Shown: positions 47,782 to 57,541 of the stretch, in pieces
Position numbering within the stretch: the first letter of the stretch is position 1
How the letters are laid out: each line of letters opens with the position of its first letter
Source of the DNA: an uncultured archaeon
GTDB taxonomy: Archaea > Asgardarchaeota > Lokiarchaeia > Sigyniarchaeales > SOKP01
Reading direction: 5' to 3'
NCBI GenBank assembly: GCA_964508365.1
Contig: CAZDTP010000002.1
Coordinates: 64,001-128,000 of the forward strand
Length of the DNA: 64,000 nt
Notes under the pieces: generated by a model
Database searches by the model: none
Seen by the model: only the letters and a program-made list of their open reading frames with translations
Told to the model about the DNA's origin: nothing
Program-made: the position numbers and the translations under genes

Positions 47782-50556
47782 TCATCTTCTTAACATTTTA
47801 TTCTTTATCTCTTTGTTTTTATATACTAGAATAATGCATATAGGAATTAAAACCGGAAGAATATAAAATAGTACTAAATTGAATGACGAGAGTTCCATCT
47901 GTACTTCATAATAGTATTTTACAAGAGGCTTATCCATACTATCTTTTATTTCAAAAGTATAAGATTTTTTTCCAAAGTCATAAGGATTTATGCTAGGAAT
48001 TACTTCAGCTACAATTCTATTAATACCTGGTCCTAAACCTTTTAGATTTGTCTCAACTGGAATTCCGTTTACATAAAGTATAAATGGTTCTGAAACCTCG
48101 TGGTTATTCTGTATAATTAAAATAAACTGAGCTACACTACCTTGCAAAATTGTTTCTGGAAAAGAAGCGCTTATAATTTCGAATTTCTTTATTATCTCTA
48201 CATTAAATTGTTTACTATAAAAATTTGTATCTCCCTTTGAAATATTCATAGTGACTTTCACGATATGGGTTTCTGTATCTGTATAATCTAAATCGTAATA
48301 GACAGTTTTAATTTCCTTTTCGTATAAATGTAGTTCTTCTCTGAGAATTAAGGTATCTTCTTCGTAGAAACTGATATTCACTGTTTGGGTACTATTTGGA
48401 AGGAAGTTAATCAAAGTTAACGAAGCAAAAGCGCTCATCCCGTCAACTATGGTATTTTGATAAATAAAATTAGTATAATCGAATGAATGTCCTATATTTA
48501 TCAATATTGATATTTCTAAAAAGGTGATATTACCCGCTGCAAATATAAAATTAATAACATGAGGCCCGACAGCTGCACCGAGCGTAGTTGTAAGGTTAAA
48601 TGTCACATTAGTTAAAACGAGAGTATTAAACGTAAGATCTTGAGTATCGTTAATTATGTCAATTCCCTCCATGGAAACCGTTAAATTAACATTTTGATTG
48701 CGTGTATTATTGATTGGGATTGTGATATTAACAACAGGACCTTGATATAGCACAGATGGTAAACCTAGAATTGGCGAGTCTACTAAACCGGAGATTACAT
48801 TAAATTGTTTCAATATATGAGACATTCCAAAATTTGTTGAGTTTACATATATTTGAAGGTAATAACCTTGTCCTATTTCAAACGCGTCAGTGATATTATA
48901 TAAAAAGGTCGTGGATGTGCTAGTAACTTGCTGTGATATGGTATTTAAAATCACATTTTCTGGATTTTTAAATAAATAACTAATAGAAGCGCTATCAATT
49001 TGATATTCAATCGTAAATGGTTCATACATTTTCGTAGTTATATTATAAAACTGATCAGTTTCTTTGTATGAGTAGATACTTGTAATGTTTAAAACATCCT
49101 GATTAAATATAAAATCAGGAATTTCACTGGTTACATTATACTCAGATGTTAATTGAGTATTAGTATATATTTCGAAAGCATTTAAATAAGCTTCGCATAA
49201 TTTAAGATTAGTATGGAAATTTTTATCATTATCAACGGGGTCAATTGATTCTCTATAGGAATTAACAGACGGATCATAAAAGGAACTTTCAAAAGTATTA
49301 TATAATTGCCATGCTCTATCGTAGTAAGTTCGATTTCCGGTATATTCAAAAAGTTTTAAACAAGCTGACATCATTAAGGAATTTGCTTCCAATTCTATAA
49401 ATGTGGCATTTACTATAGGAATTCCACTCCAAGATGAATCACGGTATTGTTCATAAGCTTTGAATCCTGAATCCCATAATGTATCAATTAAGTTAAATAG
49501 AATTGTAGCATTTTTGAAATAAGTAGAGTCGTTTTGCATTCCCGATTCTTTCCAATATTCTAACAATGTTATAATTCCCAAAGCATTAGTTTGTAAATAT
49601 TTATATGTGCTTGCAGATTCTGAAGACCAATCGTTTTTACCGTAATACTCAAAACCACCGTCAGTATTATCCCATAATTTATCTAAAAGTTTATTCATAG
49701 TAATATTTGCTAGTTCAAATGCCCTATTCTTTATATCAACATTTAAACTAAGTTGCTCGTAAATCCGATGAATTTCTAAGAAAGCTAAAACAGCGTACAA
49801 ATTACTCTCTGCGTATTTGTTTGTAGTTGAATTGGTATTATAGAAACCGCCGTAAACATCGTCCCAGAATTGGGAAGAGTTAATTAAATTGAAGATTTCA
49901 TCGATTGAATCTTTTGGGTAAACACTATTAATGTTTATGCTATTGATTTGGTCTCCGATATTTTCTAATAGCAAAAAAATGGGCATAAGATTATCAATCA
50001 AATATCGATCGTCGTCAAATATCTCACCAGTTGTGTTATCAACAGCTCTAACGAACCCATAACTATTTTGGTTAATACTGTCCTGATACCATAAAGGTGA
50101 CTCTCGCAATTTTAAATATGTGTCGAAGGTTTCAAAAGCATCCGTATCGTCTTTTAATAAGGTCTTATATAAAAGCAAATTATCGACTGAATATATTTTG
50201 TCAAAACTTACAACTCCGAGATTATTTCCAAATCTAAAGTAAGTATCCTTGTCCATATCCAGGTCAGATTTGTAATTTGTTCTAAAAAAATTCCAAATTT
50301 TACTAAAATTAACCGTATACGGATCCAGAAAAATTTCTGGACCTGCTGCAATATTTAGGTTAGTTTCATCCGTAATGTCAAAATCTCGAGATAAATAATC
50401 TGTACTGTCGCTATAGTAGTCTCGATTTATATTATAATCTAAATAAAAAGCATTAATTGTGAAGATAAAAATGAAAAAAATACATAAAACCAATTTAAAC
50501 AAGTTATTTGCCTTTTTTCCTTTCAACTTAGAGGAAAAAATATTAATAAAAATCAT
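47782..50556 (-). CDS. Membrane-anchored protein with an (alpha/alpha)6-barrel (GH76/AGE-like) domain plus Ig-like domains
   Basis: Repeats of LWD..GGF, KYLQTNALG and LKLFEYTGNRTYYDRAW are typical of six-hairpin glycosidases. Beta-rich C-terminal half and a terminal TM. Confidence 0.65.
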   Translation of the reverse strand: MIFINIFSSKLKGKKANNLFKLVLCIFFIFIFTINAFYLDYNINRDYYSDSTDYLSRDFDITDETNLNIAAGPEIFLDPYTVNFSKIWNFFRTNYKSDLDMDKDTYFRFGNNLGVVSFDKIYSVDNLLLYKTLLKDDTDAFETFDTYLKLRESPLWYQDSINQNSYGFVRAVDNTTGEIFDDDRYLIDNLMPIFLLLENIGDQINSININSVYPKDSIDEIFNLINSSQFWDDVYGGFYNTNSTTNKYAESNLYAVLAFLEIHRIYEQLSLNVDIKNRAFELANITMNKLLDKLWDNTDGGFEYYGKNDWSSESASTYKYLQTNALGIITLLEYWKESGMQNDSTYFKNATILFNLIDTLWDSGFKAYEQYRDSSWSGIPIVNATFIELEANSLMMSACLKLFEYTGNRTYYDRAWQLYNTFESSFYDPSVNSYRESIDPVDNDKNFHTNLKLCEAYLNAFEIYTNTQLTSEYNVTSEIPDFIFNQDVLNITSIYSYKETDQFYNITTKMYEPFTIEYQIDSASISYLFKNPENVILNTISQQVTSTSTTFLYNITDAFEIGQGYYLQIYVNSTNFGMSHILKQFNVISGLVDSPILGLPSVLYQGPVVNITIPINNTRNQNVNLTVSMEGIDIINDTQDLTFNTLVLTNVTFNLTTTLGAAVGPHVINFIFAAGNITFLEISILINIGHSFDYTNFIYQNTIVDGMSAFASLTLINFLPNSTQTVNISFYEEDTLILREELHLYEKEIKTVYYDLDYTDTETHIVKVTMNISKGDTNFYSKQFNVEIIKKFEIISASFPETILQGSVAQFILIIQNNHEVSEPFILYVNGIPVETNLKGLGPGINRIVAEVIPSINPYDFGKKSYTFEIKDSMDKPLVKYYYEVQMELSSFNLVLFYILPVLIPICIILVYKNKEIKNKMLRR

Positions 50557-50678
50557 GATAAATCTATTAGCTTAAAATTATTTTTTGATACGATATATTT
50601 TTTAGAAAAATGTTCTTCTCTTTAAAATTTTTTTCTGAAAAACTCGGTCGTTTTAAGATATATTAACTTTATTTTTTA

Positions 50679-52163
50679 TTAATTTTTATTGATATAGTCT
50701 AGTATCTCTGAAATTAGCACTCTCTTTTGTTCCATAGTATCTCTATGTCTAATAGTTACGCTATTATCATCTAATGACTCGTAATCTATTGTTACGCAAT
50801 ATGGCGTTCCTAGCTCGTCTTGTCTCCTATACCTTTTTCCAATTGATCCCGCAGAGTCAAAATAAGAAGATATTCTATTGTCCAATAAGAGGCGATGTAC
50901 TTTTTTCGCAAGATTGAAGATATTTTCCTTGTTTTTCACAAGCGGAAACACAGCAACAAGATTTGGAGCAAGATCTGGTTCAATTTTAAGATTAATCCTC
51001 TCACCCTCTATATTGAAATTAGATTCTAGGAGAGTATAAATAATTCTATCAGGTCCAAAAGCAATTTCAAGAATTTGAGGAATTTCTTTTAAATTTTGAT
51101 CTGCACCCATTGGAATATTGAAATTTTGTTTTGAGAATTGTCCATGTCTTTTTAAATCGTAATCAGTTCTATCATGTATTCCACATATTTCAACCCATCC
51201 AAATTGCCTAGTGTCTATCTCTAAATCCCAAGCATCATCTGCATAGTGAGCCATTTCTTGTGGAGAGTGTTGTCTTAATCTTATTACTTCATCTGGAAAT
51301 CCCAATTTTGATGTAAGATAATAACCTAAAAATAAGCAATAGGCGAAAGCGGGTTTCTTGAGCATCTTAATTTTTATTGCTTTTTTTAGAGAAATCCGAT
51401 TAGGAACTAACACATTTTTTTCTTGAGTTTGCCAATCCAGCAAGGGAAGTTCTTCTTGACAAATTTCATTATAATCTTCGAAATTATATTCCTGCTCCTT
51501 TCCTATGAACAATTGAATTTCAAATTGATCAAACGCTCTCATACGAAGTACCAATTGTCTTGGGGATATTTCATTTCTAAAGGCTTTCCCATATTGAAAC
51601 ACTTTAATAGGGTACTGTCTCCGTACGTCCTGGTTTAATCGATTAAACAATAAATAGGTTGTAGTTGCCGTTTCTGGGCGCAGATATGCGGTAGTTCCAT
51701 TACCAACTGTAGTTTTAAGCATTAAATTATATTTTTCAATTTTTCCTAAATGAGTGTCGCATTTTGGACATTTTAATTTATGATTTAAGGCAATCTCCTC
51801 CATTTCCTCAAGATTTAATCCATCTATAGTTGTATTGGGAAGTTGTTCACGAAGGAATTTATCAGCTCTGAGCATTGTTTCGCACTCCTGGCAACGAAAA
51901 ACGGGATCAATAAATCGCTCCAAATGTCCCGAAGCTTCCCACACAATTTCGGGCAATATTTGTGGGCATTCAACTTCACTAAAACCGAAAGCTCTGAGTT
52001 CCAATCTGAACTTTGAAATAATGTTATTTTTCAACGCTTTGCCAGCGGGTCCATAGGAATAAAATCCAGCTAAACCGCCATAAATTTCTGGAGAAGGCCC
52101 CCAAATAAAACCACGGCGCCGCAATAACGAATTAAAAGTTTCTATATTATCCTCTATCTTCAT
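50679..52163 (-). CDS. glyS: Glycyl-tRNA synthetase (archaeal/eukaryotic homodimeric type)
   Basis: RRGF, EIYGGLAGFYSYGPAG, LRPETA, GKAFRNEISPR, R.FDQFE and SIGKRYRRQDELGTP motifs. Confidence 0.95.
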   Translation of the reverse strand: MKIEDNIETFNSLLRRRGFIWGPSPEIYGGLAGFYSYGPAGKALKNNIISKFRLELRAFGFSEVECPQILPEIVWEASGHLERFIDPVFRCQECETMLRADKFLREQLPNTTIDGLNLEEMEEIALNHKLKCPKCDTHLGKIEKYNLMLKTTVGNGTTAYLRPETATTTYLLFNRLNQDVRRQYPIKVFQYGKAFRNEISPRQLVLRMRAFDQFEIQLFIGKEQEYNFEDYNEICQEELPLLDWQTQEKNVLVPNRISLKKAIKIKMLKKPAFAYCLFLGYYLTSKLGFPDEVIRLRQHSPQEMAHYADDAWDLEIDTRQFGWVEICGIHDRTDYDLKRHGQFSKQNFNIPMGADQNLKEIPQILEIAFGPDRIIYTLLESNFNIEGERINLKIEPDLAPNLVAVFPLVKNKENIFNLAKKVHRLLLDNRISSYFDSAGSIGKRYRRQDELGTPYCVTIDYESLDDNSVTIRHRDTMEQKRVLISEILDYINKN

Positions 52164-52373
52164 TTATAATCAAACCCGTATTCTAATAGATATTAGAATA
52201 ATTGATAATATTTGTATTTTAAGATTATTCCTCAAATTAATGAAATTATTCATTAATTAGTTTCAAATTTTATAAAATAAATTTTTATATAACTAAAAGA
52301 TAGATAATATAATTATAATTTTTAGTTTTAAATTCAAAATGATCACCCTATTAAAATTGGTGTTTTATAAATC

Positions 52374-53207
52374 ATGATTTTTCAAGATTATTTTCAATAT
52401 TTTGACATATGGGATGCGATTGAGTCGGGTCTATATTACGCGATAGTGGGCTTTTATTTTCTTATATTTGCATATTTCCTATTAATGAGATTTAGAACAT
52501 CAAAGAAATACTATTGGCTTTATTTTTCGTTATTATTCCTGTTCTTAGCGGCAGGAAGAGTATTTTTTATTGTGTACTATTTCTATGCACCTGAATTAGA
52601 AGGAACTATGTCTGGTTTAGAGTTAGTTGGATTAATGATGACGCTATATCGATTCGCTACATTTTTTACTTGGATGGGTATCGCGTGCTTGATGGGAGTT
52701 TTTGTAACGCTTATTCTTCCCCCGCACGCTGAAAATGGAACTTCAGAAACGGGGTTAAAGAAGTTCTTAAGAAAAAAAAATGTTAAAATAACGCTCAAAA
52801 TTTGCTTAATTGTAATCCCGATAATTGTTGGAATTTTGGCTTTAGTGTTATCAGATGCGCTATTTATGGATCCCGATTTAAAGGACAATTATGGTCTATC
52901 GATTCAATTAATTACAGTTTTTGGCTATCCTGCAGGTAGATTTGTTCTCAATATCATTTTGTTGCCTTTAATGGTGTTAGTTATTCCATTTCTCTTTGTT
53001 TATTTAGCATTAAAAACATTTGGTGTTTTGAGGCGATCTTACGCACTAAACGCTATAGGATTTTTCATATATTTTTCGGGTAGAGCTGCTCAAGGTCTGC
53101 TCGAAACCTTTGGATTTCCTCATGTTAGGGCAATTCTACCACCGCTCTTAATATTACTATCTTTACTCATTATAGTAATTGCGAACAATTACGAACAGTT
53201 AAGGTAA
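52374..53207 (+). CDS. Hypothetical protein with about seven TM helices
   Basis: About seven hydrophobic segments and no soluble catalytic domain. Confidence 0.7.
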   Translation: MIFQDYFQYFDIWDAIESGLYYAIVGFYFLIFAYFLLMRFRTSKKYYWLYFSLLFLFLAAGRVFFIVYYFYAPELEGTMSGLELVGLMMTLYRFATFFTWMGIACLMGVFVTLILPPHAENGTSETGLKKFLRKKNVKITLKICLIVIPIIVGILALVLSDALFMDPDLKDNYGLSIQLITVFGYPAGRFVLNIILLPLMVLVIPFLFVYLALKTFGVLRRSYALNAIGFFIYFSGRAAQGLLETFGFPHVRAILPPLLILLSLLIIVIANNYEQLR

Positions 53208-53329
53208 AACTTTTACATTTCTTTTTGTTTTTAAACATAATAAAAATATAAATAGAATTTTTAGTAATAATTAATTTGTTATTTTTAATAAGCACTAATT
53301 ATCGAAATTAAATTTTAAAGGGCTGTTTT

Positions 53330-54967
53330 ATGTCAATCCATGGAAATCAATATATATTACCCTTATTTTACACCCATAGTTCTTTACCTCCTATTAAAGA
53401 TTACGACGAATTAGCGTTATCTTTTTATTTATTAACGAAAAATTTGAAACAAAAAGAAAAAATTTTGTCATTCTCAAGGTTACTCTGGCCATTTCTTTGC
53501 GTTCAAGGAGTTATTAGCACACATATCATATTAGATGGATTGAATATTTTTTCGAAAAAAGGTAAACTATCTAATCCTCCAAGACAACCTTTAATTGGAC
53601 ATCTATTAAGAAACGTAGAAAATCGAACGAAAACAGAACAGTTAAAAAAGATTATAGAAGTTTTACAGTATAAGGATAAGGAGGCAGAAGCAATAGGTGA
53701 AAGTGAAGAATCTGAATTTCAGAAACTAAAAATTAATTCATTAACCAATCCAGAGTTCCTTCAAACCTTAGTTAAGTTGCTACCCCATATAGAATTTAAA
53801 TCCATTGCAGAATATATGCCTTTAGAAACTAATTTTACAACTGAACAAGCCTTAGAAATTGCAGATACTTATCGAAATACAATTGAGTATATGAAAGGGA
53901 ATGCTTTAAGATGGGACACTCAGATTGAATTAATAGGGAAGGAAGTAGATAAATGGTTAATTGACATAAATGTTCAATTAAAAGATATTACATCGCGTTT
54001 CTCATCCCAGATATCAAAAACATCGCAAACAATTGACTCGAGTCAAATAAAAGAAAAAAATGCATTGGAGAGGGATCGGATTGATCAGTGGAAAGTTAAT
54101 GAGAAAAGGAATGTAATAGAAAATATTTCAGTTTTATTTAAAACAGCAGAGAGAAATCTTGAAGAAATTATAAAAAAAAACAAAGCATTCACTCAAACTG
54201 ATGTATTGAAGGGTAGGGTATTTAATGATCTAATTGCTCCCTTCGAAAATCATTTCAAGTATTTGATAGAAGAGGGGAATAATTTTATACATTCAACCAC
54301 ATCACTTACAGAGAAATATATGGCGTTAAAGGAAAGAGCTCTGGAAATAGATGTTGAAGCAAAGAAAAAACTCGATGATTTTAGTTCTTCATTAGATTTG
54401 AAACTGCAAGACCGAGATAAAAATCTTTCTGCTTTTGAAGAAGAGAAAGAAATAAAGATTTCAGAAATAAAAACTTCACAAGAATCAATTGAAGCCCAAT
54501 ATTCACAGATAAAAAACATCATAAAAACTAAAAATGGAACTTGTTTACAGGAGGCAAAAGATTTAATAACTTGGTCGTTAACTGATAACGAATCCGAACT
54601 ATTTTCTCGACCAATTGTCTGGATCTACATGCCATTATATGTAATGTTCATTGAAAACGAAGAAATACTTGAAGAAAAAATGGTTGCTGTATACCCAGGA
54701 TTTATAACTGATGACCCAGATAACAGGTATAAAGAAATTTCTGGGGCAATGCTTAATTTAAAAGAAACGGTTAACGAGCGAATTGAAGAAAACATGGTTC
54801 TAAGATCTAATTTTGAGTTTTCAAGTGAAAATAGAAATTTACTTAAAGATAAAAGCCTCGCAAAAAAAATCCAACAAGGAATTTCAACCCTAAGAAGAAC
54901 TATGGTATTGAGCGAACAAATGGAAAACGATTTAAGAAGTAAATTAGGTTTAATATTCACTCAATAG
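53330..54967 (+). CDS. Hypothetical long coiled-coil protein
   Basis: Central region of about 280 aa with a heptad/charged pattern flanked by globular ends. Confidence 0.7.
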   Translation: MSIHGNQYILPLFYTHSSLPPIKDYDELALSFYLLTKNLKQKEKILSFSRLLWPFLCVQGVISTHIILDGLNIFSKKGKLSNPPRQPLIGHLLRNVENRTKTEQLKKIIEVLQYKDKEAEAIGESEESEFQKLKINSLTNPEFLQTLVKLLPHIEFKSIAEYMPLETNFTTEQALEIADTYRNTIEYMKGNALRWDTQIELIGKEVDKWLIDINVQLKDITSRFSSQISKTSQTIDSSQIKEKNALERDRIDQWKVNEKRNVIENISVLFKTAERNLEEIIKKNKAFTQTDVLKGRVFNDLIAPFENHFKYLIEEGNNFIHSTTSLTEKYMALKERALEIDVEAKKKLDDFSSSLDLKLQDRDKNLSAFEEEKEIKISEIKTSQESIEAQYSQIKNIIKTKNGTCLQEAKDLITWSLTDNESELFSRPIVWIYMPLYVMFIENEEILEEKMVAVYPGFITDDPDNRYKEISGAMLNLKETVNERIEENMVLRSNFEFSSENRNLLKDKSLAKKIQQGISTLRRTMVLSEQMENDLRSKLGLIFTQ

Positions 54968-54984
54968 TATTCCTCCTAAAGAAA

Positions 54985-55653
54985 ATGCGTGGAAAAAAAA
55001 TAGACATCAAGAAGAAATTTAACTTAAAAAAAAGAGCTTTAAGATCTTATTTTTTACACATTGAAAAGGATAGTGGAAAGGGCAAAATAACCGATCTACA
55101 AAAACAGATTCTTAATAATGGGATGGTTTATCTCCAGATGAGGTTACCTATAGAAAAAATTACTAAGGAATTTGAAAATACTTTAAAGGAGAAGATCGAG
55201 AAAAAAATTTATCGTTCGAATATTCGCGAAGCTGAACTCAAAGATCTCTCAATCATTACTGACATCTATAACAAATCATGGCTAACAAGTTCTACACCGT
55301 TTAGACCAATTCAAAGTGGAACCCTTAAAAAAATTTTCACCGACCAAAATACCGTGTTTCTTATTGCAAATGTATATGGTACTGACGGAGGTTTTGTAAT
55401 TTTAGATTTTGAAGGAGAAAATAATGAATACGGAGTAATTGCGGGTTTAGGGGTTTTACCAAGGTTTCAAGGGAAAGGTTTAGGGACTATTTTGGGAATG
55501 GCGGCGTGGAATTACTTTAAAGAGAAGGGTTTAAAAGAATTAAGATGTGAAGTATATAAAGATAATCAAAAATCCTTTAACTTCATTAAAGGATTAAATT
55601 TTGAAGAATTTGGACACATTGTCTACCGTAAAGAAGATTTTGTATTAGATTAA
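54985..55653 (+). CDS. GNAT-family N-acetyltransferase
   Basis: LGVLPRFQGKGLG acetyl-CoA motif A and CEVYKDN..S..F motifs. Confidence 0.88.
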   Translation: MRGKKIDIKKKFNLKKRALRSYFLHIEKDSGKGKITDLQKQILNNGMVYLQMRLPIEKITKEFENTLKEKIEKKIYRSNIREAELKDLSIITDIYNKSWLTSSTPFRPIQSGTLKKIFTDQNTVFLIANVYGTDGGFVILDFEGENNEYGVIAGLGVLPRFQGKGLGTILGMAAWNYFKEKGLKELRCEVYKDNQKSFNFIKGLNFEEFGHIVYRKEDFVLD

Positions 55654-55687
55654 AATCTTGTTATTTACTTAATCACAATAAAATTAG

Positions 55688-56329
55688 TTGAACAATTCAA
55701 TGTCAAACTCAAGATTAAGCTTAAAAAAAAGAAAAATACGCAGTTATTTCTTAAGTATTGATAAGAAGGATCAAAAAGAGGAAGAAGTCGGAGCACTAGA
55801 ATATATCCAAATGAAATTACTAGTTTCAGATATAACTCCTGAATTTGAGGAAAACCTTACAAAAAAAGTAAAAAACAATATGCTTAGAGCAAAGATCAGA
55901 GAAGCAAATGAAGAAGACCTCCCAAGTGTGAAATACCTTTATGATCGATCTTGGTTAACTTCACAAACGCCGTTTTCGGCAATTTCAGTGAGTTCGTTGA
56001 AAACTATTTGGGAATATCCCGAATCGATAATATTAATCGCAAAAGTCTATGGCTCTGATGCTGGGTTCGCTATACTCGATTTAGAAGGCGAAAATCGAGA
56101 ATTTGGCGCAATTGCAGGCATGGGAATATTACCCCGTTTTCAAAGAAAGGGACTTGGAACCGTTATAGGTATGGCAGCATGGAACTATTTTAAAAGCAAA
56201 GGAGTACAGGAATTACGATGTGAAGTATATAAAGGAAATACAGTATCGTATCAGTTCATTAAATCTATTGGTTTCAAAGAATATGATATAAAAACATATA
56301 AGAGTGAAGATTTTTTCTCAGAATCATAA
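55688..56329 (+). CDS. GNAT-family N-acetyltransferase, tandem paralog
   Basis: MGILPRFQRKGLG motif, collinear with the previous gene. Confidence 0.88.
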   Translation: MNNSMSNSRLSLKKRKIRSYFLSIDKKDQKEEEVGALEYIQMKLLVSDITPEFEENLTKKVKNNMLRAKIREANEEDLPSVKYLYDRSWLTSQTPFSAISVSSLKTIWEYPESIILIAKVYGSDAGFAILDLEGENREFGAIAGMGILPRFQRKGLGTVIGMAAWNYFKSKGVQELRCEVYKGNTVSYQFIKSIGFKEYDIKTYKSEDFFSES

Positions 56330-56389
56330 AAAATAAATGATTCTACAATAAAAAGGCAATTTAAAACATTTTGAATAGGTGGGACTGTT

Positions 56390-57541
56390 ACGGTAAAACT
56401 GAAAAGTATTGAACTAATTAAAGGACTTTCTATTCTGATAATACTAATCTCGAATGCAATTAATTATTGGTTAGTGTTTGATAGTGAATCGATCTATATT
56501 CTCACCTTAATGCTTGCCTTTTTAAACATATTTGGTCCTACTTTGTATATATTTATCGTTTCATTCTCCATTTCTTTCACTCTCAATAAAAAAATGGGAA
56601 GGATTCCTGAAAGATTTAATAGAAATACAGTATTTATTCAAGGTTTATTCACGATTTTATTAGGAATTTTATTCAATTTAATAACAAATCCAAGTTCCCA
56701 TTTTCCTCAGAACCTTTGGGGATGGAACATTCTTGTCTTTTTAGGTTTCTCACATTTTATTAGTTATTTCATCTTCAAATTAGTCAGATGGGCTAGACTT
56801 GTTATTGGCTTGATTATTATATTTTTTACACCTGGCATTAGAGAATTACTTTTCTTAGGAAAAGATCTAAATCCTATAATTAACATTATATATTTCGTCG
56901 TTGTATCGCCTATACCGAATTTTCCTTTATTACCATATGCCTCGATTTCTGTTTTCTCTACAGTATTTGGAGAATTAATATATGAATCAATCCATTTAAA
57001 CTCAAACAAGGCTAATCTACATTCTACGAACTCAATACTGAAATACGGTACAGTTTTACTAATTTGTGGACTTCTGCTTCCATTTTTTGATATTGGATTC
57101 ATTATAACGGAGGACAATTTTGATCCGTTAATGTATCCATTTATTGACGCTATTCCCATTTTAAAAGCGTATCCTACTACATTTATCTCGGGAATACCAA
57201 CATTTCTATATGCAGGAACTCCATCGAACCTTTTTATTTCAATGGGAGTTGCATTGCTTCTTATTGGTAGAAAATATTACAGAAAAGATATCTTACATAA
57301 AAAAAAATTAAAGTTAAATATATTGTCTCTTTTTGGGAAGAATTCGATAACTTTATTCTTTCTCCAATTCATATTCTTACCTATTTTTTATCAAAAATTA
57401 CCTTTGCTAATGTTTGTTACATTTTTAATAACTTACATTGTTTTATTAGGATTTATATTGTATTTATGGCAAAATTACGGAAATTCTATACCTTCTTTTG
57501 ATTGGATGCTAAATAAAATAGATGAGCGCATTAATAAGTAG
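56390..57541 (+). CDS. Membrane acyltransferase, DUF1624 / heparan-alpha-glucosaminide N-acetyltransferase-like
   Basis: In-frame N-terminus (M)VKLKSIELIKGLSIL...NAINYW upstream of the tracked GTG 56474 resembles the family's SID..RG motif. NFPLLPY and LGKNS motifs, many TMs. The proposed start is ACG 56390. Confidence 0.7.
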   Translation, partial: TVKLKSIELIKGLSILIILISNAINYWLVFDSESIYILTLMLAFLNIFGPTLYIFIVSFSISFTLNKKMGRIPERFNRNTVFIQGLFTILLGILFNLITNPSSHFPQNLWGWNILVFLGFSHFISYFIFKLVRWARLVIGLIIIFFTPGIRELLFLGKDLNPIINIIYFVVVSPIPNFPLLPYASISVFSTVFGELIYESIHLNSNKANLHSTNSILKYGTVLLICGLLLPFFDIGFIITEDNFDPLMYPFIDAIPILKAYPTTFISGIPTFLYAGTPSNLFISMGVALLLIGRKYYRKDILHKKKLKLNILSLFGKNSITLFFLQFIFLPIFYQKLPLLMFVTFLITYIVLLGFILYLWQNYGNSIPSFDWMLNKIDERINK

